A stretch of 64,000 nt of DNA. Source: Clostridia bacterium. GTDB taxonomy: Bacteria > Bacillota > Clostridia > Monoglobales > Monoglobaceae. This document shows positions 9,901-20,185 of this stretch, piece after piece (positions within the stretch are counted from its first letter, which is position 1; the number at the start of each line of letters is the position of its first letter). Made by a program: the position numbers and the translations under genes. Under the pieces are notes generated by a model. The model made no database searches. It was given only the letters and a program-made list of their open reading frames with translations, and was not told the origin of the DNA. The DNA lies in NCBI GenBank assembly GCA_017409575.1, contig JAFQSM010000099.1:14987-78986 (forward strand), written 5' to 3'.

Positions 9901-10198
9901 TAAGTTTTATCGGATGCTTGGCCTTGCAGTAAAATCAGGTAACGCTGTATTTGGCGAAGGTGCCGCGAAGGACAGCCTTAAGAGCAAATCACAGCTTGTT
10001 CTGGTTTCGGCTGATGCATCAGATAACACAAAAAAGAAGTTTAGAAATGGTTGCAGTTTTTATAACGTTCCATACATCGAATGCAGTGACAGATACTCTC
10101 TGGGAAAAGCAACCGGCAAAGGCTTTGCAGTGGTCGTTTCCATAACTGACAAAGGATTTGCTGACAGCTTGACAAATATCTTGGAACAAAGCTGTTAA
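9887..10198 (+). CDS. ylxQ: L7Ae/YlxQ family ribosomal-protein-like RNA-binding protein
   Basis: 103 aa, LGLAVKSGNAVFGE...LVLVSADASDNTKKK. Overlaps ylxR by 14 nt. Confidence 0.8.
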   Translation: MMINDKFYRMLGLAVKSGNAVFGEGAAKDSLKSKSQLVLVSADASDNTKKKFRNGCSFYNVPYIECSDRYSLGKATGKGFAVVVSITDKGFADSLTNILEQSC

Positions 10199-10276
10199 CC
10201 GTATTCCAAAATATTGTTTAGATTTGGTTCCTCCTCTATTCTTAGTCCAGGCAATCAAATCGGAAAGGAAAATACT

Positions 10277-12568
10277 ATGGTAAAAATTAAAGCATATGAA
10301 ATTTCGAAGGGTTTTGGCATCCCAAGCAAGGATGTTGTAAAAGTTCTTCACGATTACAATGTTTCGGACAAAAATCATATGAGTGCGCTTGACGAAAACG
10401 AGCTCAATGTTATTTTTGAATATTTTACTCAGAAAAACCAGGTCGAAGATTTTTCTGCTCTTTTTGCAGCGGTTGAAGCTGTGATTGAAGAACCAAAAGC
10501 AAATCCTGAAAAGGCTGGAGAAAAACCCGAAGAAAAGTCCAAAAAGGCAGCTGAAAAAATCGATACCGACCCATCGTTCAGCGACGAGCCTGTGCAGGCA
10601 CGCAAGACCCGTGTTGTTGACACCCGTGCAAACAATGTGGACCTTGACCGTCTTGACAACGAAAAGCTTGAAGAACTTGTCCCCGACAATGTAAAAGAAG
10701 CCGGCGGAAGCAGCAACAAGCAGAAAATAAAGACCGGAAATAAAAAGAGCAAGCTTGTAAAAGAAAAATCAGGTCAAAAAGAACCTGAAAAACCGGTTAA
10801 AAAAGAAAAGAAAGAAGTTCTGGAGGTTCTTGTTCCGGACAACATCACCGTTGGCGAACTTTCTGAAAGACTTGGAAAGCCATCAACCGAAGTTATCAAA
10901 AAACTTATGATGCTTGGCATTATGGCATCTGTAAACGAAACTCTTGACTTTGACACAGCATCTCTTATTGTAGAAGATTTTGGCGGCACAGTTGAACATG
11001 AAATAATTTTGACCGAAGAGGATAAACTATTTAACGATGTTGAAGACGCTCCCGAATCACTTGTTCCCCGTTCGCCGGTTGTGGTTGTTATGGGACACGT
11101 TGACCATGGTAAGACATCGCTTCTTGATACAATCCGCAATACCAATGTAACCGATGGCGAATTTGGCGGTATAACACAGCATATCGGTGCTTATCGCGTC
11201 AGAATAAACGACAAGAAAATCACATTCCTTGATACTCCCGGACACGAAGCATTTACTGCAATGCGTGCACGCGGAGCACTTGTTACTGACATTGCAATTC
11301 TGGTTGTTGCAGCAGACGATGGTATTATGCCGCAGACAATCGAAGCAATAAACCATGCAAGAGCGGCAGAAGTTTCGATAATTGTAGCAATCAACAAAAT
11401 TGACAAAGACGGTGCAAATCCCGACCGTGTTCGTCAGGAGCTTACCGAGCATGGTCTTGTTCCCGAAGAATGGGGCGGTGACACCATCTGTGTAGAAGTT
11501 TCGGCAAAGAAGAAGCTTAACATCGACAAGCTTTTGGAAATGGTTCTTCTTGTTGCCGAAATGAAAGAACTTAAAGCCAATCCCAACCGTCTTGGCAAGG
11601 GAACAGTTATTGAAGCCCAGCTTGACAAGGGCAGAGGTCCTGTTGCAACACTTCTTGTTCAAAACGGAACACTACGCGCAGGTGACATTGTTGTTGCCGG
11701 AACAGCAGTCGGCAGAGTTCGTGCAATGAACGACGACAAGGGTAAAGCCATCAAAAAAGCAGGTCCCTCCATCCCGGTTGAAATTCTTGGTCTTTCCGAA
11801 GTCCCCGAAGGCGGCGATGTATTCTATGTTGTTGAAGACGAGCGCAAAGCCCGTGAGGTAGTTGAGGCAAGAAAGTTCAAACAAAAGCAGGAAATGCAAA
11901 AAGCAAGCCAGGCTGTTTCGCTTGACAACCTTTTTGAACAGATTGAGGCAGGTAAGACAAAAGACCTTAATATTATCGTGAAAGCTGATGTTCAGGGCTC
12001 GGTTGAAGCTGTTCGTCAGTCACTTGAACGAATTGCAAACGAAGAAGTCCGCGTAAATGTTATTCACGGTGCAGTTGGTGCCGTTACTGACTCGGATGTT
12101 ATGCTTGCAACCGCTTCAAATGCCATTATTGTCGGCTTTAATGTTCGCCCGACCCCCGGTGCAACCATTTCGGCAGAGGCATCAAATGTTGATATAAGAC
12201 TTTATCGTGTTATTTATGACGCTATTGAAGATATCGAAGCTGCTATGAAGGGTATGCTTGCGCCCAAATTCCAGGAACAAATCACCGGTCATGTCGAAAT
12301 CCGTACCACATTCCGCGTATCAGGTGTTGGCACAATCGGCGGTGCTTATGTTACCGACGGAAAAATCCACCGCAACAGCCTTGTCCGCATTGTGCGTGAT
12401 GGTATCGTTATTCACGAAGGCGAGCTTGCTTCCCTTAAGCGCTTTAAGGATGATGTCAAGGAAGTCGCAAGCGGATACGAATGCGGCATAGGAATTGAAA
12501 AATTCAATGACATCAAGGAAGGCGACATTGTTGAGGCTTATGTAATGGAACAAATCAAGCCTCAGTAA
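10277..12568 (+). CDS. infB: Translation initiation factor IF-2
   Basis: Start trimmed to [20 protein letters not shown] (IF-2 N domain) after GGAAAGGAA. G domain [28 protein letters not shown]. Confidence 0.95.
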   Translation: MVKIKAYEISKGFGIPSKDVVKVLHDYNVSDKNHMSALDENELNVIFEYFTQKNQVEDFSALFAAVEAVIEEPKANPEKAGEKPEEKSKKAAEKIDTDPSFSDEPVQARKTRVVDTRANNVDLDRLDNEKLEELVPDNVKEAGGSSNKQKIKTGNKKSKLVKEKSGQKEPEKPVKKEKKEVLEVLVPDNITVGELSERLGKPSTEVIKKLMMLGIMASVNETLDFDTASLIVEDFGGTVEHEIILTEEDKLFNDVEDAPESLVPRSPVVVVMGHVDHGKTSLLDTIRNTNVTDGEFGGITQHIGAYRVRINDKKITFLDTPGHEAFTAMRARGALVTDIAILVVAADDGIMPQTIEAINHARAAEVSIIVAINKIDKDGANPDRVRQELTEHGLVPEEWGGDTICVEVSAKKKLNIDKLLEMVLLVAEMKELKANPNRLGKGTVIEAQLDKGRGPVATLLVQNGTLRAGDIVVAGTAVGRVRAMNDDKGKAIKKAGPSIPVEILGLSEVPEGGDVFYVVEDERKAREVVEARKFKQKQEMQKASQAVSLDNLFEQIEAGKTKDLNIIVKADVQGSVEAVRQSLERIANEEVRVNVIHGAVGAVTDSDVMLATASNAIIVGFNVRPTPGATISAEASNVDIRLYRVIYDAIEDIEAAMKGMLAPKFQEQITGHVEIRTTFRVSGVGTIGGAYVTDGKIHRNSLVRIVRDGIVIHEGELASLKRFKDDVKEVASGYECGIGIEKFNDIKEGDIVEAYVMEQIKPQ

Positions 12569-12593
12569 AGACTAACAGAAAGGCGGTATAATT

Positions 12594-12932
12594 ATGCCTG
12601 CTTACAACAGAATTGATAGAATTTCGGAAGAAGTTAAAAAAGAATTAAGTGCTATAATAAGAGAACTTAAAGACCCTCGCGTCTCCACCCTTGTTTCGGT
12701 GGTAAATGTTTCGGTAACAAAAGATTTGAAGTTTGCCAAAGCATATATCAGCGTTTTGGGAAACGAAAAAGCTCAAAAAGATGTAATTGATGCGCTGAAA
12801 AGCGCATCAGGATTCATCCGTCGCGAAATCGGACACCGAATCAATCTTCGTGCCACTCCCGAATTTACATTTATCCTGGATAATTCAATCGAGTATGGTG
12901 CTCATATCAATCAGGTTCTTAAAAACCTGTGA
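12594..12932 (+). CDS. rbfA: Ribosome-binding factor A
   Basis: 112 aa, RbfA-like (RISEEVKKELSAIIRELKDPR...TPEFTFILD). Confidence 0.9.
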   Translation: MPAYNRIDRISEEVKKELSAIIRELKDPRVSTLVSVVNVSVTKDLKFAKAYISVLGNEKAQKDVIDALKSASGFIRREIGHRINLRATPEFTFILDNSIEYGAHINQVLKNL

Positions 12933-12949
12933 TTTTGAGGTGTAATATT

Positions 12950-13912
12950 ATGTTTTGTGAACTGATAGAAAAAATCAATTCTTCCAAAAAAATTGCAATA
13001 TTCAATCATACAAATCCCGATGGCGATGCACTTGGCAGCGCCTTTGGACTTAAGCTCTGTCTGCTTGCCCTTGGCAAACAGGCAGATGTTTTCTTGCGCG
13101 AAGGTGACGACCTTACAAAAGAATATAAACTTTTGAAAGGTACCGAGTCGCAAGGCCTCAGCATCAAGGACTGCGACCTTAAAATCGCGGTTGACTGTGC
13201 GGACCTTGAAAGGCTTGGTGCTTTTTCTGCTGATTTTGTCGGTGAAACTGCGGCAATAGACCATCACGTAACACACAAGTCTTTTGCCAACACCACAATC
13301 GTTGTCCCCTCCGCTCCTGCTACCGGTGAAATTATATTTGATCTTGCAAAAGCTATGGGTGTTTCGCTTACACATGATATTGCCTACAATCTTTATCTGG
13401 CAATTGTCTGCGACACCGGCAGTTTCAAGTTTTCGTCAACAACTCCAAAAACTCACATTGCGGCTGCCGAGCTTATGGAAACCGGTATCAATATTGCAGA
13501 TATGACAAAAAAACTCTTTGACACAAAGACCCCCGAATATCTGGCTATGTATAAAAAAGGCATCGAAAATCTTGAGCTTTTTTCAAACGGCAAAGTTGCC
13601 TTGCTTGCATTTTGTGAAAATGATTTTGCAGATGCGGGTTTAACTGAAGCTGATGCTGATGCAATTGTAAATCTGCCAAACAGTATCCAAGGTGCAGAGG
13701 TCGGGGTTTATATCCGTCAGCGCGAAGACGGGTTTAAGGTCAGCCTCAGGTCAAACAGCATACTTGATGTATCGAAAATTGCGGTACATTTTGGCGGTGG
13801 TGGTCATGAACGTGCAAGCGGCTTTACATTAAAAATGCCGCTTGATGAGGTCAAAAAAATTGTCACTGATAAGCTTGAATCAGAATTAAACGCACAACCT
13901 ATGGAGAAATAA
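12950..13912 (+). CDS. nrnA: DHH/DHHA1 family phosphoesterase (NrnA-like oligoribonuclease/pAp phosphatase)
   Basis: Start trimmed to the ATG at 12950 after GAGG. Motifs HTNPDGDALGS, DHH (AIDHHVT), GGGGHERASGF. Confidence 0.85.
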   Translation: MFCELIEKINSSKKIAIFNHTNPDGDALGSAFGLKLCLLALGKQADVFLREGDDLTKEYKLLKGTESQGLSIKDCDLKIAVDCADLERLGAFSADFVGETAAIDHHVTHKSFANTTIVVPSAPATGEIIFDLAKAMGVSLTHDIAYNLYLAIVCDTGSFKFSSTTPKTHIAAAELMETGINIADMTKKLFDTKTPEYLAMYKKGIENLELFSNGKVALLAFCENDFADAGLTEADADAIVNLPNSIQGAEVGVYIRQREDGFKVSLRSNSILDVSKIAVHFGGGGHERASGFTLKMPLDEVKKIVTDKLESELNAQPMEK

Positions 13913-13913
13913 G

Positions 13914-14804
13914 ATGAACGGAATTATCAACATAAACAAGCCAATTGGCATAACCTCGCACGATGTGGTTTACAAACTGCGAAAGATTTTGGGCATAAAA
14001 AAAATAGGACATACGGGGACTCTTGACCCGGATGCCACAGGGGTTTTGCCGATGTGCATCGGCAAGGGAACAAAGCTTGCCGAGCTTCTTACTGCATCGG
14101 ACAAACAATATCTTGCCGAAATGACCCTTGGCGCAATCACCGACACTCAGGACAAAAGCGGCAATATACTTGAAAGCTTTGAAGTAAATGTAAGCGAAGA
14201 TTCAATAAAAAAAGCTGTTAAAAGCTTTATAGGAGAAATCGAACAAATCCCCCCTATGTATTCCGCAATCAAAATTGACGGAAAAAAGCTTTATGAACTT
14301 GCACGCGAAGGAAAAACCGTCGAGAGAAAGCCGCGTAAAGTTTTGATAAAAAACATTGAAATACAAAACATCGACCTTGACAAAAACACAGTTACAATGC
14401 TTGTTGACTGTTCTAAAGGCACATACATAAGAACACTGTGCGAGGACATAGGCAAAAGTCTTGGTTCGGGCGGATATATGTCGTCGCTGATGCGGACAAA
14501 GTCCGGCAGGTTTGACATCAAGGATTCATATTCTTTGGAAGAGGTTGAAAAAATGTATGCAGATGGCAACCTTGACTTTTTTGTTCCTGTCCAGGATGCT
14601 CTTCCTGAATATCCCAAAATTGTTCTTGCCGAAAAAAAGGCAAAAAAAGTGCGTTTTGGCATAAAGATAAATGTTGAGGGACTGGAAATTGGTCAGGCTT
14701 ACCGCGTATTTGACGAAAAAGGTGACTTTTTGGTTATAGCACGCCAGCAAACTGACCATCTGGAGATTTTGAAAACATTTTTTGACGGAAGTCAGGGTGC
14801 TTAG
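13914..14804 (+). CDS. truB: tRNA pseudouridine(55) synthase TruB
   Basis: 296 aa, GHTGTLDPDATGVLP catalytic Asp motif. Confidence 0.95.
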   Translation: MNGIININKPIGITSHDVVYKLRKILGIKKIGHTGTLDPDATGVLPMCIGKGTKLAELLTASDKQYLAEMTLGAITDTQDKSGNILESFEVNVSEDSIKKAVKSFIGEIEQIPPMYSAIKIDGKKLYELAREGKTVERKPRKVLIKNIEIQNIDLDKNTVTMLVDCSKGTYIRTLCEDIGKSLGSGGYMSSLMRTKSGRFDIKDSYSLEEVEKMYADGNLDFFVPVQDALPEYPKIVLAEKKAKKVRFGIKINVEGLEIGQAYRVFDEKGDFLVIARQQTDHLEILKTFFDGSQGA

Positions 14805-14814
14805 GAGATTTAAT

Positions 14815-15699
14815 ATGGTTGTTTTAAACAGTTTAAATGCAAAAGACCTTTTGCCATTCAAAACATCTGTGGCTCTTGGTTCGTTTGATTCCATACACAA
14901 AGGGCACATCAAGGTAATAAAATCAGCTATTGAATATGCAAAGAAAAACAATCTGGTGTCGCTTGTTCAGCTTTTTGACACTTCGTTTTTTGCCGAGCCT
15001 GTAAACACTCTTGAAAAACGCATAAAGATTATTGAAGAGTTGGGTGCCGACTTTGCCGTTGTAGAAAACTTTGACGAAGCTTTCAGCAAAATATCTTACC
15101 GTGACTTTGTTTGTGACCGGCTTAAAATCGCATATAATGCCGAAATTGTGTTTGCCGGTGCGAACTATCGTTTTGGACACCTTGCAAAAGGTGACAGCGA
15201 TTTACTCGTTTCGGAATGTAAGAACTTTGGTATCAAAGCCAAAATTATTGATTGCATTGAGCTTGACGGAATTGTTTCAAGCACAAAAATCCGAGACTGC
15301 CTAAAAAATGGTATGGTCGAAAATGCGGAAAGGTATATGCTTCGTCCGTTTTCGCTTGAGGGGAAAGTAATCCATGGCAACGAAATCGGTCGCAGGATAG
15401 GCTTCCCTACTGCAAATATAACTATCCCCAAAAACATCCTTCTTCCAAAAGACGGTGTATATCTTACAAGAGTAATTTTGCCCGAGGGGATTTTCTTTGG
15501 AATAACAAACATAGGAGGAAAACCTACCATAAACGAAACCGACCGTTGCATAGAAACTTATATATCGGATTTTTGCGGCGACCTTTATGACAAAACAATC
15601 GAAATCGAGTTTTTAAAGCGAATTCGCGACATAAAAAAATTTGACAGTCTTGATTCGCTCAAAGCTCAGCTTGAAGATGACAAAAAATATTTAAACTAA
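14815..15699 (+). CDS. ribF: Bifunctional riboflavin kinase / FMN adenylyltransferase
   Basis: Start trimmed to the ATG at 14815 after AGGAG. Motifs GSFDSIHKGH, GFPTANI, and the C-terminal kinase domain. Confidence 0.9.
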   Translation: MVVLNSLNAKDLLPFKTSVALGSFDSIHKGHIKVIKSAIEYAKKNNLVSLVQLFDTSFFAEPVNTLEKRIKIIEELGADFAVVENFDEAFSKISYRDFVCDRLKIAYNAEIVFAGANYRFGHLAKGDSDLLVSECKNFGIKAKIIDCIELDGIVSSTKIRDCLKNGMVENAERYMLRPFSLEGKVIHGNEIGRRIGFPTANITIPKNILLPKDGVYLTRVILPEGIFFGITNIGGKPTINETDRCIETYISDFCGDLYDKTIEIEFLKRIRDIKKFDSLDSLKAQLEDDKKYLN

Positions 15700-15735
15700 A
15701 AAACCTCTTGCAACTTAAATTGCAAGAGGTTTTTA
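15699..15735. terminator. Bidirectional intrinsic terminator shared by ribF (+) and trpB (-)
   Basis: AAAAA-ACCTCTTGCA-acttaaat-TGCAAGAGGT-TTTT. Confidence 0.8.
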
Positions 15736-15740
15736 ATATG

Positions 15741-16982
15741 TTAAATTTCATAATCCAGTTTAAACTGCTCTCCACAGCCGTACTTTTCATAAACATAGTC
15801 AATGTCCTTATCCCCTCTTCCCGAAAGACAAGTGAGGATTGACCCTGACTTATGTTCCTTTGCATATCGTATAGCATACGCCAAAGCGTGTGCACTCTCG
15901 ATTGCAGGAATGATACCCTCGTATCTCGAAAGCAGGAAAAACGCTTCCATAGCTTCTTCATCCGACACAGTCTCATAATGAACTCTGTTCAAATCTCTGA
16001 GGTGTGCATGTTCGGGACCTACGCCGGGATAGTCAAGTCCGCTGGCAATCGAATAAACAGGCAACGGCTCGCCGTTTTCGTCTTGGAGCACATAAGTATC
16101 AAATCCGTGAATTCTGCCCTTTGTGCCAAACTTCATTGTTGCAGCATGATCGCCAACATTTTCGCCTCTGCCAAGAGGCTCAATTCCATAAATTTCTACC
16201 GGGTCTGCAAGGAATGGTGTAAACATTCCAAGCGAATTTGACCCTCCGCCAACACAAGCACATACAGCGTCAGGCATAATACCCGTCATTTCTAAGAACT
16301 GCTCTCTTGCTTCTATACCTATAACAGACTGGAAATCCCTTACCATTTTGGGAAAAGGATGCGGACCAAGCGCCGAACCTATACAGTAAATAGCGTCCTT
16401 ATATTCCTTAAGATATGCCTCAAATGCTGCATCAACAGCCTCTTTAAGAGTTTTGAGCCCATGTGTAACCGGTATAACATTTGCTCCAAGCATCTTCATA
16501 CGGATAACATTGGGGTACTGCTTTTCAATATCAACCTCGCCCATATATACATCACATTCCATACCAAAATATGCGGCAGCAGTCGCAATTGCCACACCGT
16601 GCTGACCCGCTCCGGTTTCGGCAATAAGCTTCTTTTTGCCCATATACTTTGCCAAAAGTCCCTCACCCATACAATGGTTAAGCTTGTGAGCGCCTGTATG
16701 GTTTAAATCCTCGCGCTTTAAATATATCTGGCAGTTGCCGAATATTTTTGAAAGTCTTTCACAATGATAAACAGGAGTCGGTCTTCCCTGAAATTCCTTT
16801 CTTATTCTGCGAAGCTCGTTTATAAACTGTGCAGAGTGGCATATTGCCTCGTAAGCATCGTCTGCTTCTTTGAATGCAGGCTCAAGTTCTTTTGGCAAAA
16901 ATGCCCCGCCGTGCTGACCAAAATACCCGTCGTGTGTGGGGGTTTCTTTTAAGTAATTTTCAAAATCTTTATAGTTGTTCAT
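15741..16982 (-). CDS. trpB: Tryptophan synthase beta chain (orphan, no adjacent trpA)
   Basis: Start trimmed to the ATG at 16982 ([13 protein letters not shown]...) after GGAGG. PLP-enzyme motifs [29 protein letters not shown]. The 39-codon upstream extension in the ORF track is an artefact of translating the leader repeats. Confidence 0.9.
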   Translation of the reverse strand: MNNYKDFENYLKETPTHDGYFGQHGGAFLPKELEPAFKEADDAYEAICHSAQFINELRRIRKEFQGRPTPVYHCERLSKIFGNCQIYLKREDLNHTGAHKLNHCMGEGLLAKYMGKKKLIAETGAGQHGVAIATAAAYFGMECDVYMGEVDIEKQYPNVIRMKMLGANVIPVTHGLKTLKEAVDAAFEAYLKEYKDAIYCIGSALGPHPFPKMVRDFQSVIGIEAREQFLEMTGIMPDAVCACVGGGSNSLGMFTPFLADPVEIYGIEPLGRGENVGDHAATMKFGTKGRIHGFDTYVLQDENGEPLPVYSIASGLDYPGVGPEHAHLRDLNRVHYETVSDEEAMEAFFLLSRYEGIIPAIESAHALAYAIRYAKEHKSGSILTCLSGRGDKDIDYVYEKYGCGEQFKLDYEI

Positions 16983-17004
16983 TTTATGTTCCTCCGCTCT
17001 TATT

Positions 17005-17036
17005 AAAAAATCTTCTGAACAGAAAATCAGAAGATT
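17005..17036 (-). terminator. Leader (attenuator) intrinsic terminator upstream of trpB
   Basis: Minus strand: AATCTTCTGA-ttttctgt-TCAGAAGATT followed by TTTT. It ends ~20 nt before the trpB Shine-Dalgarno and lies downstream of the candidate promoter. Confidence 0.7.
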
Positions 17037-17062
17037 AAGACGCCAAAACAATATTCTTATCG

Positions 17063-17108
17063 TTCTCATCTCATCTAATCTCAGCATATTCAATCTCATC
17101 TAATCTGT
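17063..17108 (-). promoter_or_regulatory. Phased NAG triplet array (TRAP-binding-site-like) in the trpB leader
   Basis: Minus strand reads CAG-at-TAG-at-GAG-at-TGA-at-ATG-ct-GAG-at-TAG-at-GAG-at-GAG. That is 9 triplet slots at a strict 5-nt period, of which 6 are (G/U)AG and one is CAG. Confidence 0.5.
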
Positions 17109-17117
17109 TCTTTTATA

Positions 17118-17147
17118 AATATATCACAAAACTTTGACATTTGTCAA
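17118..17147 (-). promoter_or_regulatory. Candidate promoter for the trpB leader
   Basis: Minus strand: TTGACA (17147-17142), 17-18 nt spacer, ATATAT/TATATT. Confidence 0.45.
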
Positions 17148-17185
17148 TAAAAAAATCGGCTGTGACAAAATGTTTTGTCACAGCC
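17148..17185 (-). terminator. Intrinsic terminator after the ceramidase-like gene
   Basis: Minus strand: GGCTGTGACAAAA-ca-TTTTGTCACAGCC followed by GATTTTTTT. Confidence 0.8.
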
Positions 17186-17200
17186 AATGATATACAACTT

Positions 17201-18547
17201 TTATTTGCGGAGTTCGTTCAAAACTTTTGTGCCTTCTTCGATAAAGAGCTCTGCTACACCTGCTTTAAACGGTGAGCTCTTTGCTTCGTATCCGCCCTCG
17301 TCATAAGCGTCACGAGCCGGGAAGTAACCCTCGCAGCCATTTGTAAGACCGCAGGGGCAAACCAAATCCCATCCCTCTGCCATCTTCAATCCTCTGCCTA
17401 TGCTTGTAAATCCTTCGCCGGGGATTGTAATAAAGGCAACATTGCCGATTGAAATACCTGTAATCTTCATATCAAATGCGTCAGGTCCGTTTTCAAGTCT
17501 TACCATACGCATAGCCTCAGCAACAGCTGTTGTAAGTTCCATTGCTTCAAACGGAATTTCGTCATCTCTGCCCGCAAGATGGAGGTCGTTATATTTGTGA
17601 GCAAGAGGCAACTCTTCGGGCTTTGCCTTGTTGGACGGAACGCTTATGGTTTTTTCGATTACTTTTATATCGTCAGCATCTGTGTAATTAACCTTTGCAT
17701 AAACCTGCATAACTGCACCTGCAACAACATTTGCAATATGTATTGCATGTCCATATCCTCTTGCAACATCGTCGAAGTCATTTGCAAGATCATTCATATC
17801 GCCATCTTTTGCGTTAACATCAACATGGTTTACATCACCCTGTGTACCATTTATAAACAAGCTCTTTACTCCGGGCAGACATCTTTCAATAATACCGGTA
17901 AGAAGTCCCGGCCAGTCTGCCGAAATCTTGCTACCGCCAACAACATCAGGATGGTTAGCGAAGTTTACCAAAAGGATGGTATCTGCACCTTCGCGGTCAA
18001 AACGAATAACATTTACTCTTTCGTCAACATCACCAAGCGGAGCCAGAATATCGGGATTGCCAACGCCGGGATTTGTGCGAACCTTGCCGTCTTTCATTCT
18101 GAAACGGCGGACAAATGCAACATTGGGAGCGTTGCCAACCTTCCAGCCCATTTTTGCAGGCTTCATATCACTGATAGCAAAGTCTGCAGCATCTGCCATT
18201 TTTTGGCCTACAAACTCACGGTAAACATCAACCTTTTCGCCGCCTCTTCCGTAATCCAAATGCGGTGCGGTGTGTGTATGTGTTGCAGCAATATTGATGT
18301 TTTCTGTCGCAATACCTGTTCTCTCACTTATAATCTTTTTGTAGTAATCGCTTAAATCCTTGTATATACCACAATGATCAAACGAAATAAAAAGCACAGT
18401 TGTTTTGCCGTTTCCGACAGCAATTGCATTTGCATGAAGCGGGTCAAGAACGCCTTCTGCCTCGCGTTTTTGATAATATCCTGCTATTTCTATTCCCATA
18501 CTGGGAGTAATATCCACTCTCCCAAATCCTGCCTTCAAGTTGCTCAT
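17201..18547 (-). CDS. Neutral/alkaline ceramidase-like hydrolase family protein (function unknown)
   Basis: Start trimmed to MSNLKAGFGRVDITPSMGIEIAGYY after GGAGGG. The N-terminal pattern (AG..VDITP...G...AGY...DPLHA.A) resembles the ceramidase N-domain family as I recall it. Confidence 0.5.
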   Translation of the reverse strand: MSNLKAGFGRVDITPSMGIEIAGYYQKREAEGVLDPLHANAIAVGNGKTTVLFISFDHCGIYKDLSDYYKKIISERTGIATENINIAATHTHTAPHLDYGRGGEKVDVYREFVGQKMADAADFAISDMKPAKMGWKVGNAPNVAFVRRFRMKDGKVRTNPGVGNPDILAPLGDVDERVNVIRFDREGADTILLVNFANHPDVVGGSKISADWPGLLTGIIERCLPGVKSLFINGTQGDVNHVDVNAKDGDMNDLANDFDDVARGYGHAIHIANVVAGAVMQVYAKVNYTDADDIKVIEKTISVPSNKAKPEELPLAHKYNDLHLAGRDDEIPFEAMELTTAVAEAMRMVRLENGPDAFDMKITGISIGNVAFITIPGEGFTSIGRGLKMAEGWDLVCPCGLTNGCEGYFPARDAYDEGGYEAKSSPFKAGVAELFIEEGTKVLNELRK

Positions 18548-18606
18548 AACAAACCCTCCACGATATGTCATTTTTAATATGTATTTTGATGTCTCCATCA
18601 GCCTTA

Positions 18607-18635
18607 ATTCTATCACAGCGGCAATTGATTGTCAA
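18607..18635 (-). promoter_or_regulatory. Candidate promoter for the ceramidase-like gene
   Basis: Minus strand: TTGACA, 17-nt spacer, TAGAAT. Confidence 0.5.
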
Positions 18636-18713
18636 CCGATAAATGTAGTTTTTTCCAAGAAAATGTTCGTATTTTGAAACTGGCTAAGAAAGGGTAAAAT
18701 ATTTCGTACAGGC

Positions 18714-18742
18714 TTGACATTCAGCACTTAATTTACTATAAT
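18714..18742 (+). promoter_or_regulatory. Candidate promoter for trkA-trkH
   Basis: TTGACA (18714-18719), 17-nt spacer, TATAAT (18737-18742). Confidence 0.55.
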
Positions 18743-18811
18743 TGTTTTATTAAATATCTTAGTTGGAATATGTAAAAGAAACAAACGCATTTTTTGCAGA
18801 TTGGAGATTTT

Positions 18812-20170
18812 ATGAACACTATCATCATAGGCTGCGGAAAGGTCGGTCAAAAGCTTGCCGAAAAGCTCAGCCAGGAAGAAAATCAAAATATAACAGTTGT
18901 TGATCTTGACTATGATGTGGTTCAGGATGTCATCAGCCGTTGCGATGTTATGGGCATTGTAGGCAACGGAATAAGCCACGAAATACTGATTGAAGCAGGT
19001 ATAAAAGATGCGGATATTCTAATTGCCGTTACAGGCTCTGACGAGGTAAACCTTCTCACCTGCCTTATTGCAAAAAAGACCGCAAACTGTCAAACAATTG
19101 CAAGAGTAAGAAAACCCGAATATACAAAAGAATTGAGCTTGTTTAAGGATGACCTTGGTCTTGCTATGGTCATAAATCCCGAAAATACTGCCGCAAGTGA
19201 AATGGCAAGAGCGTTGAGGTTCCCCTCAGCAATCGAAATAGATACCTTTGCCAAAGGCAGAATCGAAATTCTCAAATTCAAAGTGACCGAGCGTTCGCCC
19301 CTTGTTGATATCAGGGTTGCCGATATCAATTCACGCTTTAATACAGATATACTGGTATGTGGCATCGAACGCGGCGAAAAAGCTTTTATACCTGGCGGTA
19401 ACTTTATAATCAAAAAGGGTGACCTTGTAAGCATAGTGGCAGCACCATTGAACGGCTCGGATTTCTTCAGAAAGATTGGAATTACCACCAACCGCGTAAA
19501 GGACACAATCATCGTCGGTGGCGGTGAAACTGCCTACTATCTGGCAAAAAGGCTTTTGCATCGTGGTATAGATGTAAAACTTATTGAAAAAAACAAGGAG
19601 CGTTGCGAGGAACTTTGCCTTGCCCTTCCAAAAGCCACAATCATCAATGGCGACGGAACTGACAGAGGTCTTTTGGAGCAGGAGGGCATCGACAGTGCCG
19701 AGTCTTTTGTTGCTCTCACAAACATTGATGAAGAAAATATCATGCTTTCGCTTTTTGCGAAAAGTCAGTCAAACGGAAAGGTTATAACAAAAGTAAACCG
19801 AGTTTCTTATGACGACATAATTGCAGGGCTTGACCTTGATACTGTTATCTATCCAAAAGACATTACCGCCGAATACATCGTGCGATTTGTCAGAGCAAAG
19901 CAGAACTCTCTTGACTGCGATATCGAAACAATGCATCTTATCCTGGACGGAAAAGCCGAGGCTCTTGAATTTTTGATAAAAGAAAATTCGCCTGTGTCCG
20001 GCATATCACTTGAAGAAATGCAGCTTAAAGACAATGTCCTTGTTGCATGTATTCACCGAAACGGCTCGGTTATTATCCCCAGAGGCCGCGACAAAATTCT
20101 TGCCGGTGATACAGTAATTGTCGTTACTACTCACGCAGGCTTTAAACAAGCAAGCGATATATTGGAATAG
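18812..20170 (+). CDS. trkA: Trk potassium uptake system NAD-binding subunit TrkA
   Basis: Start trimmed to MNTIIIGCGKVG (Rossmann GxGxxG) after GGAG. Two RCK N/C repeats (second: IIVGGGETAYYLA). Confidence 0.9.
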   Translation: MNTIIIGCGKVGQKLAEKLSQEENQNITVVDLDYDVVQDVISRCDVMGIVGNGISHEILIEAGIKDADILIAVTGSDEVNLLTCLIAKKTANCQTIARVRKPEYTKELSLFKDDLGLAMVINPENTAASEMARALRFPSAIEIDTFAKGRIEILKFKVTERSPLVDIRVADINSRFNTDILVCGIERGEKAFIPGGNFIIKKGDLVSIVAAPLNGSDFFRKIGITTNRVKDTIIVGGGETAYYLAKRLLHRGIDVKLIEKNKERCEELCLALPKATIINGDGTDRGLLEQEGIDSAESFVALTNIDEENIMLSLFAKSQSNGKVITKVNRVSYDDIIAGLDLDTVIYPKDITAEYIVRFVRAKQNSLDCDIETMHLILDGKAEALEFLIKENSPVSGISLEEMQLKDNVLVACIHRNGSVIIPRGRDKILAGDTVIVVTTHAGFKQASDILE

Positions 20171-20185
20171 GGGAGTTGTTTTTGA

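Noticed and set aside
11057-11662. 201-aa minus-strand ORF
   Set aside because: It is antisense within infB, which has unambiguous GTPase motifs, and it has no independent signals.
16983-17099. N-terminal extension of trpB ([18 protein letters not shown]...) in the ORF track
   Set aside because: It has no Shine-Dalgarno and no homology. The peptide periodicity is simply the translation of the 5-nt-phased leader repeats and the terminator. The true start is the ATG at 16982 after GGAGG.
17579-18355. 258-aa plus-strand ORF
   Set aside because: It is entirely antisense to the well-supported ceramidase-like gene. It has a Cys/Asn/Ile-rich low-complexity composition and no ribosome-binding site.
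18743-18811. c-di-AMP (ydaO-type) riboswitch upstream of trkA
   Set aside because: The leader between the predicted -10 and the trkA start is only ~70 nt. It shows none of the pseudo-twofold ydaO helices or conserved ACGGGG/CCCG-type segments.
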